DNA of 46,951 nt from Polyangiaceae bacterium (GCA_033763455.1 JANRKO010000041.1:1-46951), one strand, 5' to 3'; shown: positions 1 through 7,998, counted from the first letter of the stretch. Notes: generated from the sequence alone by a model not told the origin. Numbers and translations are program-made.

Positions 1-141
1 CGAGTACCTCACGGTTTTCTACAACCGCCAGCGAAAGCACTCGGCACGGAATGGGCTCAGCCCTGAACAGTTTGAATCTTGCAATGCAGGCCGCCTAGCG
101 GCATAACCTAACAACCTGTCCGGGAAAGCGGATCAACTCCA
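1..141 (+). mobile_element. Right end of IS3-family insertion sequence, IRR ~116-141
   Basis: The transposase stop is followed by CTGTCCGGGAAAGCGGATCAACTCCA, ending in CA as IS3-family termini do. Confidence 0.8.
2..106 (+). CDS. IS3-family transposase, C-terminal fragment (truncated by window edge)
   Basis: Manual translation EYLTVFYNRQRKHSARNGLSPEQFE...* matches the IS3 OrfB C-terminal pattern YNxxRxHSxxxxxSPxxFE. Confidence 0.85.
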   Translation, partial: EYLTVFYNRQRKHSARNGLSPEQFESCNAGRLAA

Positions 142-146
142 CTACA

Positions 147-195
147 CTGCGAGTTAGAGGGAGGGAAAGCAACAGACTGCGCTCGTCTGCCAGCT
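147..195 (-). repeat. Degenerate remnant of the local attC family
   Basis: ctgcgagttagagggagggaaagc resembles ctgcgagtgctagagggggcgcaaagc (2589-2615); R boxes are not recognisable. Confidence 0.5.
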
Positions 196-271
196 ATCTG
201 AAGAAGGGAAACGGGATGCCTCGAAGCGAGAGCGGTCTAGGATGCGACGGGCACGACCACCGCCTCGTTGG

Positions 272-334
272 GGCGACCGAAGCGGTGTTCAGCTGCGCGG
301 CTTTCGGCAACCCTGCCGGCGAAAGCTGATCAGC
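272..334 (-). repeat. Partial or degenerate attC site
   Basis: Contains the cggtgttcagctgcg L'-arm shared with other copies and an internal hairpin cggctttcg/cgaaagctg; it abuts the stop of the GNAT gene. Confidence 0.55.
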
Positions 335-851
335 CAGTTTCGATCCAGTACCGACGCTTCGGCTTGTGGTTGGATTCGGTGATGATGTTCTCTAGGATGC
401 CACCGTTCTTCTCGATTGTTCTGATGGATCCAACGTTGTCGTCGTCGCAGGTGAGGAGCGCACGTTGGATGCCTAAGCGCTCGCGTGCGATCAGAAGCGC
501 ATTAGCAAGGATCTTAGTGGCATAGCCCCTACGCCGAAACTCAGGGACAACGACGTAACCGATGTGCCCGCCGGTCCTTTCGAAAAATTCGTTGAGTGCG
601 TGCCGAATGGAGACTCGACCGACGATCCTAGTGCCCACATATGCAAACAGAAAAGTAGAGGGAACCTGCGTAGGCGATAAGTTGATGCCGCGCTGGTGTT
701 CCGCAAGAACCTCCAGAAATTGCCGAAAAGACATTCCTTCTTGATAGTGGTGGAGGAAGGATGGAGCCTCCGGCGACGTGGCTCGGTGAGCGCGCAGAAA
801 CTCGTGCTCTTCATCCTCGGTTGGGAGACGCAGCGTCAGCTCGCCAAGCAT
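330..851 (-). CDS. GNAT family N-acetyltransferase (COG3981-like), cassette gene
   Basis: Motifs GGHIGYVVVPEFRRRGYATKIL and LTCDDDNVGSIRTIEKNGG. Start ATG 851 preferred; the ORF extends to 908. Confidence 0.85.
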   Translation of the reverse strand: MLGELTLRLPTEDEEHEFLRAHRATSPEAPSFLHHYQEGMSFRQFLEVLAEHQRGINLSPTQVPSTFLFAYVGTRIVGRVSIRHALNEFFERTGGHIGYVVVPEFRRRGYATKILANALLIARERLGIQRALLTCDDDNVGSIRTIEKNGGILENIITESNHKPKRRYWIETG

Positions 852-946
852 TCGCAGCGACCTAGCATGCCGGGGCTTGGTCCGCCACGCCCAGTCGGCA
901 GCGTGCATGTGGGTCTGGCTGGCGGCAGATCACCCAACAAGTCAAG

Positions 947-1873
947 TCATTGAGCCAGAGGCTCGAACGAGGGGCATCCGACCACCTGATGATAAATGGG
1001 GTAACTGACGAACAGGTGATTTTCGTCAAAGGTAGACAGCGTGAGTGCACGGCCTTCGATAGTGCTTGTATTGGCAAGCAAGAGTGGAAAGGGAAAGTCA
1101 CTCAAACTTAACATGTTGAAGGTGCCAAAGGCGTATTCCAGACCGTAGTCGAATCTCGGAACCGCGCAGCCGTCACACCAGCCGCTGTCTTCTGGGATCT
1201 CCGTGTTCTGGCGGCCGAGCAGCCTCCAATCTCGAGAGTACAGGACGATCGACATCCTGCGGATCTCGTCGGAGGCACGACTGTAGGCTGCATACAGGGC
1301 AAAACGGTCTCGACAGTTTGGGCCCGTGAGGCGCTGCGCGAGCACTCTATGGGTTTTGGGATCGATGGGGAAATCGCGGTGGATGATGTGAGCGGGTACT
1401 TGGCCCCGGTACATCCCGACTGTGACCCCAGTGGGGCGCGACGCTAGGCCCAGTACGATGGTCTTCTGCTTGACGGGATGGGGAGTTCGGTACGTGTAAA
1501 AGGGCTGGGTGGGATCGCATACGGCATCGGGGAAGCGGCGGGCCAATTGGATCGCCTGGGGCGTCGAAAGGGACGAGTGGTGCGTTGCCGTGCGGAATCC
1601 GAACTCCGTTCCGAACACATATGTCCAACTAGCGACAACCTTGTCGAGCAGCAGTGAGCCTGGCGGAACCAACCAATAAAGGCCTATGCCAGGAAGCCTC
1701 TTGAAGAGGCTCTCGCTAAAAACGAGAGAAGGCTCCATCTCTTCGCGACGCCGCTTCAGGTAGTCGGCACTCAAATGGCCGTCCTCAGCGTAGGAGGCGC
1801 GCGGGGCGAGGCTGAAAAGAAGCGTTGTTCCGATAGCGGACAGCGTGTCACGACGATTGATGGAGGTCGTCAT
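947..1873 (-). CDS. Hypothetical secreted protein with Tat-like signal peptide, cassette gene
   Basis: 308-aa ORF with N-terminal NRRDTL, a hydrophobic stretch and ASYA; a CDGC motif; starts just after the attC at 1887. Confidence 0.65.
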   Translation of the reverse strand: MTTSINRRDTLSAIGTTLLFSLAPRASYAEDGHLSADYLKRRREEMEPSLVFSESLFKRLPGIGLYWLVPPGSLLLDKVVASWTYVFGTEFGFRTATHHSSLSTPQAIQLARRFPDAVCDPTQPFYTYRTPHPVKQKTIVLGLASRPTGVTVGMYRGQVPAHIIHRDFPIDPKTHRVLAQRLTGPNCRDRFALYAAYSRASDEIRRMSIVLYSRDWRLLGRQNTEIPEDSGWCDGCAVPRFDYGLEYAFGTFNMLSLSDFPFPLLLANTSTIEGRALTLSTFDENHLFVSYPIYHQVVGCPSFEPLAQ

Positions 1874-1886
1874 AGGCCTACCCCGC

Positions 1887-1961
1887 CACCAACGCGTGCG
1901 TTAGCGGCACTACCGTCGACAGCGCTCCTTCATCGATTCTCTGCAACTCGAGTAGTTGGTT
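1887..1961 (-). repeat. attC site (different sequence family, 75 bp)
   Basis: Minus strand AACCAAC-tactcgag-TTGCAG...GCCGCTAA-cgcacgc-GTTGGTG has the R''-L''...L'-R' layout. Confidence 0.65.
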
Positions 1962-2036
1962 GCCCGGTGCGTCATCGATCAACGTGTCGTTTTGGTGATT
2001 GGCCATTTGAAATCCAGGTGATATATCAACAGGGAC

Positions 2037-2558
2037 TCAGTCAGGCCTCAGGGCGGAGTAGAGAACAGCATCCGAGGGCTGTCCGTGCACGAGAATTCGC
2101 TTTTTGAGAACAGCATCGCGATGAGCGCCGACTTTTTCCGCGACACGTTGGCTACGGAAATTGTCGACGGCCACAACAATTTCTAGGCGGTGGAGGGGCG
2201 TGTTCAGAAAGACCCAGGAGATGAGCTGAAGTACAGCTGCTGGAGCAATACCGCGACCGGCGGCAGTGGCTCGAACCCAATAACCAAGATTTGCGACTCC
2301 ATCGAGGTCGTTGATGCGGTTGATTCCGCACCCGCCCAAGTAGCGCCCGGCGCCGTCAACGATGGCAAAGTCGAACATAGTACCGGTCCTGTGCCCCTCC
2401 AAAGTGGTGGTGACCCAAGCCGCTGCATCGGCTTCGGCGTAGTTCGGATGACACCAAGGCATCCAAACGGACATGTAATCGACGGATTCGCGAACAGCCG
2501 TAGTGACCTCTGCAACGTCCTCCGATTGGTAGGGTCGAATCAGAACGGAGCCATTCAT
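2037..2558 (-). CDS. RimJ/RimL-type GNAT acetyltransferase, cassette gene
   Basis: Motifs WMPW, NLGYWV...AAGRGIA, LHRLEI...DNFRSQRVAEKVG. Confidence 0.9.
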   Translation of the reverse strand: MNGSVLIRPYQSEDVAEVTTAVRESVDYMSVWMPWCHPNYAEADAAAWVTTTLEGHRTGTMFDFAIVDGAGRYLGGCGINRINDLDGVANLGYWVRATAAGRGIAPAAVLQLISWVFLNTPLHRLEIVVAVDNFRSQRVAEKVGAHRDAVLKKRILVHGQPSDAVLYSALRPD

Positions 2559-2567
2559 GTTGGTTCT

Positions 2568-2652
2568 TCCAAACTTACCGGTGTTCAGCTGCGAGTGCTA
2601 GAGGGGGCGCAAAGCGCGAGCTAGGCGTTTGAGCAACAACGCATTCTTGGAG
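2568..2652 (-). repeat. Degenerate attC site (local family)
   Basis: tccaaacttaccggtgttcagctgcgagtgctagagggggcgcaaagcgcgagc is near-identical to 3713 and 6387; the R'' arm is decayed. Confidence 0.8.
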
Positions 2653-2667
2653 TGCTCTACGGGTGCG

Positions 2668-3096
2668 CTAGCGCAGGCGCTGAAGGAGCGCTCCATGTTC
2701 GTAGGCCAGGCATGCGGTGGCCTCAAGGATCGGGACCCAGTAGAGCTCAAACTCGATGGCGCCCTCGCCGCCGTCGGACCCATGATGCTCATGATGTCTC
2801 CAACGATCGGGCGCGCTTCCGCAGAGCCGCATGTGGAAAAAGTGGCGTCGGTGCATCTCGTCCTTGCCATAAGGCCGCGCATCGAAATCGCATACGCCAA
2901 GCAACTCGACTTCGGAGAACTCGCCTAGGCCCGTCTCTTCATTGGCCTCCCGAACCGCTGCAGTAGCCGGTGTTTCGCCGAAATGGATCGTTCCAGCGGG
3001 AACTTGCACGCCCGCCTCTGGGAACGCGACGTGCTCGAATACCAATAGGCACCCCCGCCTTGTGATGTACGCAAAAGCCTTTTCGACGATTCGCAC
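2668..3096 (-). CDS. NUDIX hydrolase, cassette gene
   Basis: Nudix box GTIHFGETPATAAVREANEETGL. Confidence 0.9.
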   Translation of the reverse strand: MRIVEKAFAYITRRGCLLVFEHVAFPEAGVQVPAGTIHFGETPATAAVREANEETGLGEFSEVELLGVCDFDARPYGKDEMHRRHFFHMRLCGSAPDRWRHHEHHGSDGGEGAIEFELYWVPILEATACLAYEHGALLQRLR

Positions 3097-3112
3097 GGTG
3101 CGCCCTCAAGCC

Positions 3113-3195
3113 TCCTAACCGTACCGGCGTCCCGGTGCGCATGCTAGAGCGCTCGACATACTCAGCGTGCTCGCCACCAGCCACACCTCATGGGC
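3113..3195 (-). repeat. Strongly degenerate attC site (local family)
   Basis: tcctaaccgtaccggcgt...tgctagag resembles the other copies; R' reads GTTAGGA on the minus strand just before the NUDIX start. Confidence 0.6.
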
Positions 3196-3313
3196 ATGGG
3201 CATGGGGCGCTCCTTCTCAAGGCGGGAAAGCTTGCGGGAAGCGATCGCATGGCGATCCTGGCCCCATGCGCGAGCGTTTTCGGGCTGCGTTCCGCAGTAG
3301 TGAACACCCTAAT

Positions 3314-3703
3314 TCATTCAGTTTTGGCGGCGTAGATAACATAGGAAATCTGCGCTCCCAGCTTGGAGACCATGGTGACCGTGCTCGGTTTGATCGCGGA
3401 CGTAAACGAGAAGGGCGTATTTCCCGCGTCGATACCGACCGCGAAGTCTCTTTGATTCGCGCCATCCCAGAGCTTACGGGCCGGCGCCGGAAGGCCGTCA
3501 ATCAAGTGGGCCAGATCGCGTATAGCAGTATCTGCGGAGCGAGGACTGTGACCAAGTTCGAACGAGGCGCGATATTGCCCCGGCGCGACCCGGCCACAAT
3601 AAAGGGCGATGGCATTGGCTTTCTCCATCGCGTCCGCCAGGAGACGAAGGGGCCTCGCTGAGTAGACGTCGAGGTCAACGTTGATGAAGGATGTACGGCT
3701 CAC
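3314..3703 (-). CDS. Hypothetical protein, cassette gene
   Basis: ORF between two attC sites. The listed TTG start at 3718 lies inside the R' box, so GTG 3703 is preferred. Confidence 0.7.
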   Translation of the reverse strand: MSRTSFINVDLDVYSARPLRLLADAMEKANAIALYCGRVAPGQYRASFELGHSPRSADTAIRDLAHLIDGLPAPARKLWDGANQRDFAVGIDAGNTPFSFTSAIKPSTVTMVSKLGAQISYVIYAAKTE

Positions 3704-3712
3704 AAGTCGTGC

Positions 3713-3799
3713 GTCCAACTTACCGGCGTTCAGCTGCGGGTGCTAGAGGGAGCCCAAAGCGCGAGCGAAGCGCCCGTAAGCTGCAGCGCCTTGACAGGC
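3713..3799 (-). repeat. attC site (local family, 87 bp) with mutated R''
   Basis: Minus strand GCCTGTC...CTGCAGC...GCAGCTGAACGCCGGTAA-GTTGGAC; the AAC of R'' is replaced by GTC. Confidence 0.85.
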
Positions 3800-3858
3800 G
3801 GAATGGCGTGCAGCGATTTGCCTAGGGAAAACATGAGCGCGGGGGAATCGTTCCTTCC

Positions 3859-4047
3859 TCATACTCCCAACCCTGGAATGATTCGAACACGCATCCGCCA
3901 TCGGGATCCGTCGAAAGAGTAACGCTCGAATGTGGTATTGAATACAGTGGACCCGTCGGGCGGTGAATGGTCAAAGTCGGGCGACACGCGACAGAAAGAA
4001 TCTGCCTCTGAGCTACGGCAGTGGAAGACGAATCTGTCAGCGGGCAC
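3859..4047 (-). pseudogene. Possible 3' remnant of a truncated cassette gene
   Basis: 62-aa ORF ending just before the attC at 3799 and overlapping the KAP stop; an in-frame TAG lies just upstream. Confidence 0.3.
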
Positions 4048-6331
4048 TGAATTGGCGCTCTAATCGAGTCAGCACTTCTTCGCGCGCTGCATCCGCTGGT
4101 TCTGCGGCTTTGGCGTTCAGATCTTCGTCAACAGCCTCAGCGGATCCAATCTCATTGGGTTCGTCGTCACTCTTTCCGCCAGCATTCGGCGGTTCGCCGG
4201 CCTTCTTCCATTTGTTGTAAACGAACATGAACTGCTCGGCCAACCGCTGTTCAACGGGCTTGCCGCTGTCCGGAAACCACTGCGGATTGTCGAAGTCACC
4301 CGGCAAGTGCTGACGGATTAGTTGGGCGAGCGCATCGAGGTCATAGATCAGCTTGATCTTCTTGAGTCGGTTTCCGTCAAGCTCGCCAACACTCGGCAGT
4401 ATATCGCCCTCGCCCCACGATCTCGGAGCCATTGCCTGCAAGAACAGCGCGACGTTCTTCGAGTCGTTGGCGAACACCGAGGCAAGGTGTGCCTGCACAG
4501 GCTCACGGCCTTCAATCCGCCACCACTCGTACAGCAGCGATTGCTCCTGCGACACCTCCGCGTTGAATAGCGGTTCGCCAGCTACCGCGCGAACCTTGAT
4601 GCGCTCGACGAGTGCCTTGCCGACCTCCTTAACTTCGTCCTTCGTCAGCGTGTTGCTGTCGGCCTTATCGGCATCGTCGGTCACATGAAGCCATCGGAGA
4701 ACTTCGTCACCGAACCAGAGCGGATCAGCGGCCTTGATCACCTCCTTCGCGAGCTTCACTCTCGGCCCCCCGGCGGGAAGCCGTCGGATCAAGTGCGAGG
4801 TCAGGATGCCCGCCTGTGACACCGGCTCGGCGAAACTGAACAGAGAGGGCGGATTGGGGATGTGCTTCGCGTTTGCGGCAATGGCAACACACAGCGACGC
4901 CACCGCTTCGGGCGGCGTGTTCTCTTCGTGTTGACGCATCCTCTCGATGATCCGCTTCGCCTTCCCGCCAGTAAAATACGCTACGACGTCCTTGCCTAGT
5001 TCGGCCGCAGCTTCCTTTGCGGCCTTCGCGTACAATGCGTCCATGTCCGAGTCGCGCACGTCGCACTTGGGGACGCTGTACAAGAAATACCGCGGACAGT
5101 AGTCGGGAGAACAGAGCCTCTTGGCCTTTGCCCAGCGCGAGAGCCAGTCGGTCCCGTAGCCTCCGCCTCCATACGCGCTACCGAGTCTCGGAAAAAGACC
5201 CTTGAGGAGCGACTTGATCGCCTCTTGTTCTTCTGCAGGAAGCGCTTCGACTACCGGCTTCAAAAACGCGACGGGGCGCGGGCCGTCATGACCGCTTCGC
5301 CGATGTTCCGATTCTACTCCCGAACACTCCGCGTGGTTGGCACGGATCACGTCGTAGATCGCGGGATAGAAGGCTCGTACTGCCTCGATCAAGAGCAAGT
5401 CCACGATGTTGACCTCGCCCTTCAGCATCGGCAGTGCGAACATCAACCCGTTCCCGTACCGCTTTGCCGCGCGGGGCGTGTCGAGCCGGATTGAGATGCC
5501 GCGATCAAAGCCCGAAACGAAGCCAGCCACGTCTTCCTTAGTCAGCGCGACTTCTGCCGCGCTGATCGCCTGATCGACCTGCTGGAAGCACAACGACCGT
5601 AAGTCCTCTTTCATCGCGATCGGGAGTTTCAAAGGCACTTGAATGATCTTTTCTAAGAAGGCTCTACCGGACGCCTCGTCGCCCGCCCCGTACCGCTCGC
5701 CAAGCGATTTGGCTACCGCAACGTCGTCAAAGGCGAGCACGTAGCAGACATTGGGAAAGTCGGCACACGCCTTGATAAGCCGGAACAGCGTGTACGTCTC
5801 GTGCTTGTCAAGGCGGTCGATATCGTCCACGAGGACAACGATCCGCTTGTCGGCCTTGGCGAGCGCTTCCGAGAGCCGGCTGCGCAGTTCTTCAAGGCTC
5901 GCATCAGCCTTGGCGCCGGCGACTTCACCCGCCTTGCCGAGGCGGTCATCCACGACGCTGGCGTAGCGTCCAATCTTCTCGACCCAACCGGCGATGTCTT
6001 CGCCCTTCGTCGTCAACTTCGCGCGGATGACCGCCGCAAGCACTCGGAAGAAGCCAGCAAGCATCGCGGGTTCGTCAGTAAACCGCCAAGGATTGAATTC
6101 CACGGTGGCCGTAGCTCCGTCCGCGTCCAAGTCGGCTTGGAGCATGTTGAGGACCGTGGTCTTACCATCGCCCCATGGCCCATGAATGCCGACAACCAGA
6201 CCCGCACCCTTCGGCAGCCCACGCAGCACCCCCGCCACGCACTCTGCGAACGGCGCGCGATTCAGCTTGTCGTCGGACTTGCTCGAAAGGGGGCGATCAT
6301 TGGAGAAGTGTAGAGTGGGAGTTGTCGTCAT
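4037..6331 (-). CDS. KAP family P-loop NTPase (soluble type), cassette gene
   Basis: N-terminal D.L.R..FA motif, Walker A GPWGDGKTT, FNPW, Walker B VVLVDDIDRL, FLEKIIQVP, TPR.AKR. Confidence 0.93.
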   Translation of the reverse strand: MTTTPTLHFSNDRPLSSKSDDKLNRAPFAECVAGVLRGLPKGAGLVVGIHGPWGDGKTTVLNMLQADLDADGATATVEFNPWRFTDEPAMLAGFFRVLAAVIRAKLTTKGEDIAGWVEKIGRYASVVDDRLGKAGEVAGAKADASLEELRSRLSEALAKADKRIVVLVDDIDRLDKHETYTLFRLIKACADFPNVCYVLAFDDVAVAKSLGERYGAGDEASGRAFLEKIIQVPLKLPIAMKEDLRSLCFQQVDQAISAAEVALTKEDVAGFVSGFDRGISIRLDTPRAAKRYGNGLMFALPMLKGEVNIVDLLLIEAVRAFYPAIYDVIRANHAECSGVESEHRRSGHDGPRPVAFLKPVVEALPAEEQEAIKSLLKGLFPRLGSAYGGGGYGTDWLSRWAKAKRLCSPDYCPRYFLYSVPKCDVRDSDMDALYAKAAKEAAAELGKDVVAYFTGGKAKRIIERMRQHEENTPPEAVASLCVAIAANAKHIPNPPSLFSFAEPVSQAGILTSHLIRRLPAGGPRVKLAKEVIKAADPLWFGDEVLRWLHVTDDADKADSNTLTKDEVKEVGKALVERIKVRAVAGEPLFNAEVSQEQSLLYEWWRIEGREPVQAHLASVFANDSKNVALFLQAMAPRSWGEGDILPSVGELDGNRLKKIKLIYDLDALAQLIRQHLPGDFDNPQWFPDSGKPVEQRLAEQFMFVYNKWKKAGEPPNAGGKSDDEPNEIGSAEAVDEDLNAKAAEPADAAREEVLTRLERQFSAR

Positions 6332-6386
6332 CTGAACACAGTCCAGGTTGTCGTGGCCATACCCTTAGCTATCCGCGATCAAGTCC

Positions 6387-6473
6387 GCCCAACGTACCGG
6401 CGTTCAGCTGCGAGGGATAGAGGGAGCGCAAAGCGCGACCGAAGCGATCATCAGCTGCAACGCTTTGTTGGGC
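6387..6473 (-). repeat. Intact attC site (87 bp)
   Basis: Minus strand GCCCAAC-aaagcg-TTGCAGCTG...CAGCTGAA-cgccggtac-GTTGGGC has a perfect RYYYAAC/GTTRRRY pair and an extra base in L''. Confidence 0.92.
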
Positions 6474-6563
6474 GGACTTGCCATCGCCCGACGGGGTTCG
6501 CAAGCTTTAAGCCCCTGTTCGTCAGCGGCGTGTGCCTAGCTGAAGTCATTGGGCTGCGAACTA

Positions 6564-7073
6564 TTACGGCCGCATCCCTAGGTCTGCGGCGGTTCTAACG
6601 ACATCAGAAGGTAGCTGGGGGTTAGCCACGCGAATGGCTGCTTTCAGCCTGCCGAGCACTCGCCGGAAGGGAATGGACCGAGGATCTATCATCATGTCCG
6701 ATACCGAGCCATACCGCAGGCGGTGGTTCTTGTAGAGGGCATTGAGCTGCTTCATTTCATTCGCAAAGGCCTTGGAGGGTCGGCCGAGCCCGAACTCCGT
6801 GCCGAGGGTATGAACAAGCTTCTCCAGGTCGTGCCCGATATGCTTGCGAAGCAATCGATCATACTTGTTGTAGTCGCGAAACAAGAGAAACGACTTACCG
6901 AGCAGTTCGAGACCCTGACACAAGAGGTGAAGTACCACGTACCTGTGGCCGTGTTTCCCGACGACCATTGCAGCACCGACAAAGCCTATTCCTTTGTCAT
7001 ACATGGACAAGGCGACGAGGCCATTCCCAAGGCGTCCCGGGCGTCCAACACCGCTGATGCTTGCTACTCCCAT
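6564..7073 (-). CDS. HEPN-like domain protein, first cassette gene
   Basis: HLLCQGLELLGKSFL...GHDLEKL...RLRYG fits the HEPN E..LK / HDL..L / RY pattern. Start uncertain (ATG 7073 or the MYDKG Met). Confidence 0.65.
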   Translation of the reverse strand: MGVASISGVGRPGRLGNGLVALSMYDKGIGFVGAAMVVGKHGHRYVVLHLLCQGLELLGKSFLLFRDYNKYDRLLRKHIGHDLEKLVHTLGTEFGLGRPSKAFANEMKQLNALYKNHRLRYGSVSDMMIDPRSIPFRRVLGRLKAAIRVANPQLPSDVVRTAADLGMRP

Positions 7074-7078
7074 CGATG

Positions 7079-7149
7079 CCCCCACCGTACATTAGCCCCC
7101 AACCCCCCGAAAGTCGGATCCACATAATTCGAATCCTGCGTTTATGTGG
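7079..7149 (-). other. Putative attI-like site with upstream inverted repeat
   Basis: Minus strand GGCTAAT-GTACG-GTGGGGG has attI L-5bp-R geometry with GTG in place of GTT; CCACATAA-N14-TTATGTGG at 7120-7149. Confidence 0.45.
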
Positions 7150-7504
7150 TTAGCCAGCTCTGCCTAGTCGCTCAGCCAAGATCTCCCCAATTCTGCGGCC
7201 GCTCGCCTTGTGAAGAGCTGAGAAGCTCCAAATCTCGCACCCGGTACACACCCGTTAACGACTCAGTACCGAAGAGCTCGCGCAACCGGCAGCCGCTCAG
7301 TGCTGCACTGGGCGACCGCTCAATCGCGGCCATCCCGGTCCCTCTCCGCGCACCTCCGAAGGTTCGCCATGACTTAGACATTTCATCAACACCCGGCCGC
7401 CCAAGACACCGTTCTGAGTAGCCCTTCACGGCCGCTTCCCAGCTGAGAATTCCATATTTTCTCCCATTCTTTCCGACACTTACAACTATCCCCCACCCCA
7501 CCCC

Positions 7505-7539
7505 TTGACGTAGACAAAACTAGAACAATACTTAGACAC
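7505..7539 (+). promoter_or_regulatory. Sigma70-type promoter overlapped by three tandem 11-bp direct repeats (CarH/CarA/LitR-type operator)
   Basis: -35 TTGACG at 7505-7510. Repeats gAcgTagACAa / aActAgaACAa / tActTagACAc at 7507-7539 versus consensus nAnnTnnACAn. Confidence 0.7.
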
Positions 7540-7938
7540 ATGCCGCAGGTTGTCGAAGTCTTCTACGATGGTGAGTGCCCGCTCTGCTCACGGGAAATAC
7601 GATTCTTGAAGGGTCGGGACGTGGCGGGAGCTGTGAAGTTCACGGACATCACGGCCCCCGGCTTCGACCCCGCCACGGTTGGTCTCACGAGCGCTGAGTT
7701 GATGGCGGAGATCCGAGGGCGCCTCCCCGACGGCACCTTGATCTCGGGTGTCGAAGTTTTCCGCCAGCTCTACGCGGCAACAGGATTCCCGCGTCTCAGT
7801 GCCCTTTCTCGCTGGGCCCCTTTGAGCGCGATTTTGAACTTCGCCTACCGCGCGTTCGCCCGCAATCGCCTGAAGCTAACCGGACGCTGTGACACAACCT
7901 GCAGCGTTTCTACCTCTCCTCAACACCCCGCACATTGA
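7540..7938 (+). CDS. DUF393 / DCC1-like thiol-disulfide oxidoreductase
   Basis: N-terminal VFYDGECPLC; C-terminal AYRAFARNRLKLTGRC. Confidence 0.92.
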   Translation: MPQVVEVFYDGECPLCSREIRFLKGRDVAGAVKFTDITAPGFDPATVGLTSAELMAEIRGRLPDGTLISGVEVFRQLYAATGFPRLSALSRWAPLSAILNFAYRAFARNRLKLTGRCDTTCSVSTSPQHPAH

Positions 7939-7998
7939 CCGCCATTAATCACTGAACACGCCCTCCAAGGCTCTTCCCTCCGTCAAGAAAGATTTACC

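Noticed and set aside
2568..6473. Intergenic repeats as a CRISPR array or as small conserved ORFs (VLEGAQSAS)
   Set aside because: The copies are separated by whole genes and have attC structure; the shared peptides are by-products of the repeat.
7097..7155. GGCTAAC…GTTGGGG 59-bp span as an attC
   Set aside because: The internal inverted repeat is off-centre and there are no L boxes; it fits an attI region better.
7209..7270. Peptide EELRSSKSRTRYTPVN faintly like the IntI C-terminus (QELLGH…TxIYTHV)
   Set aside because: The catalytic LGH is absent and the similarity is too weak to call without a search.
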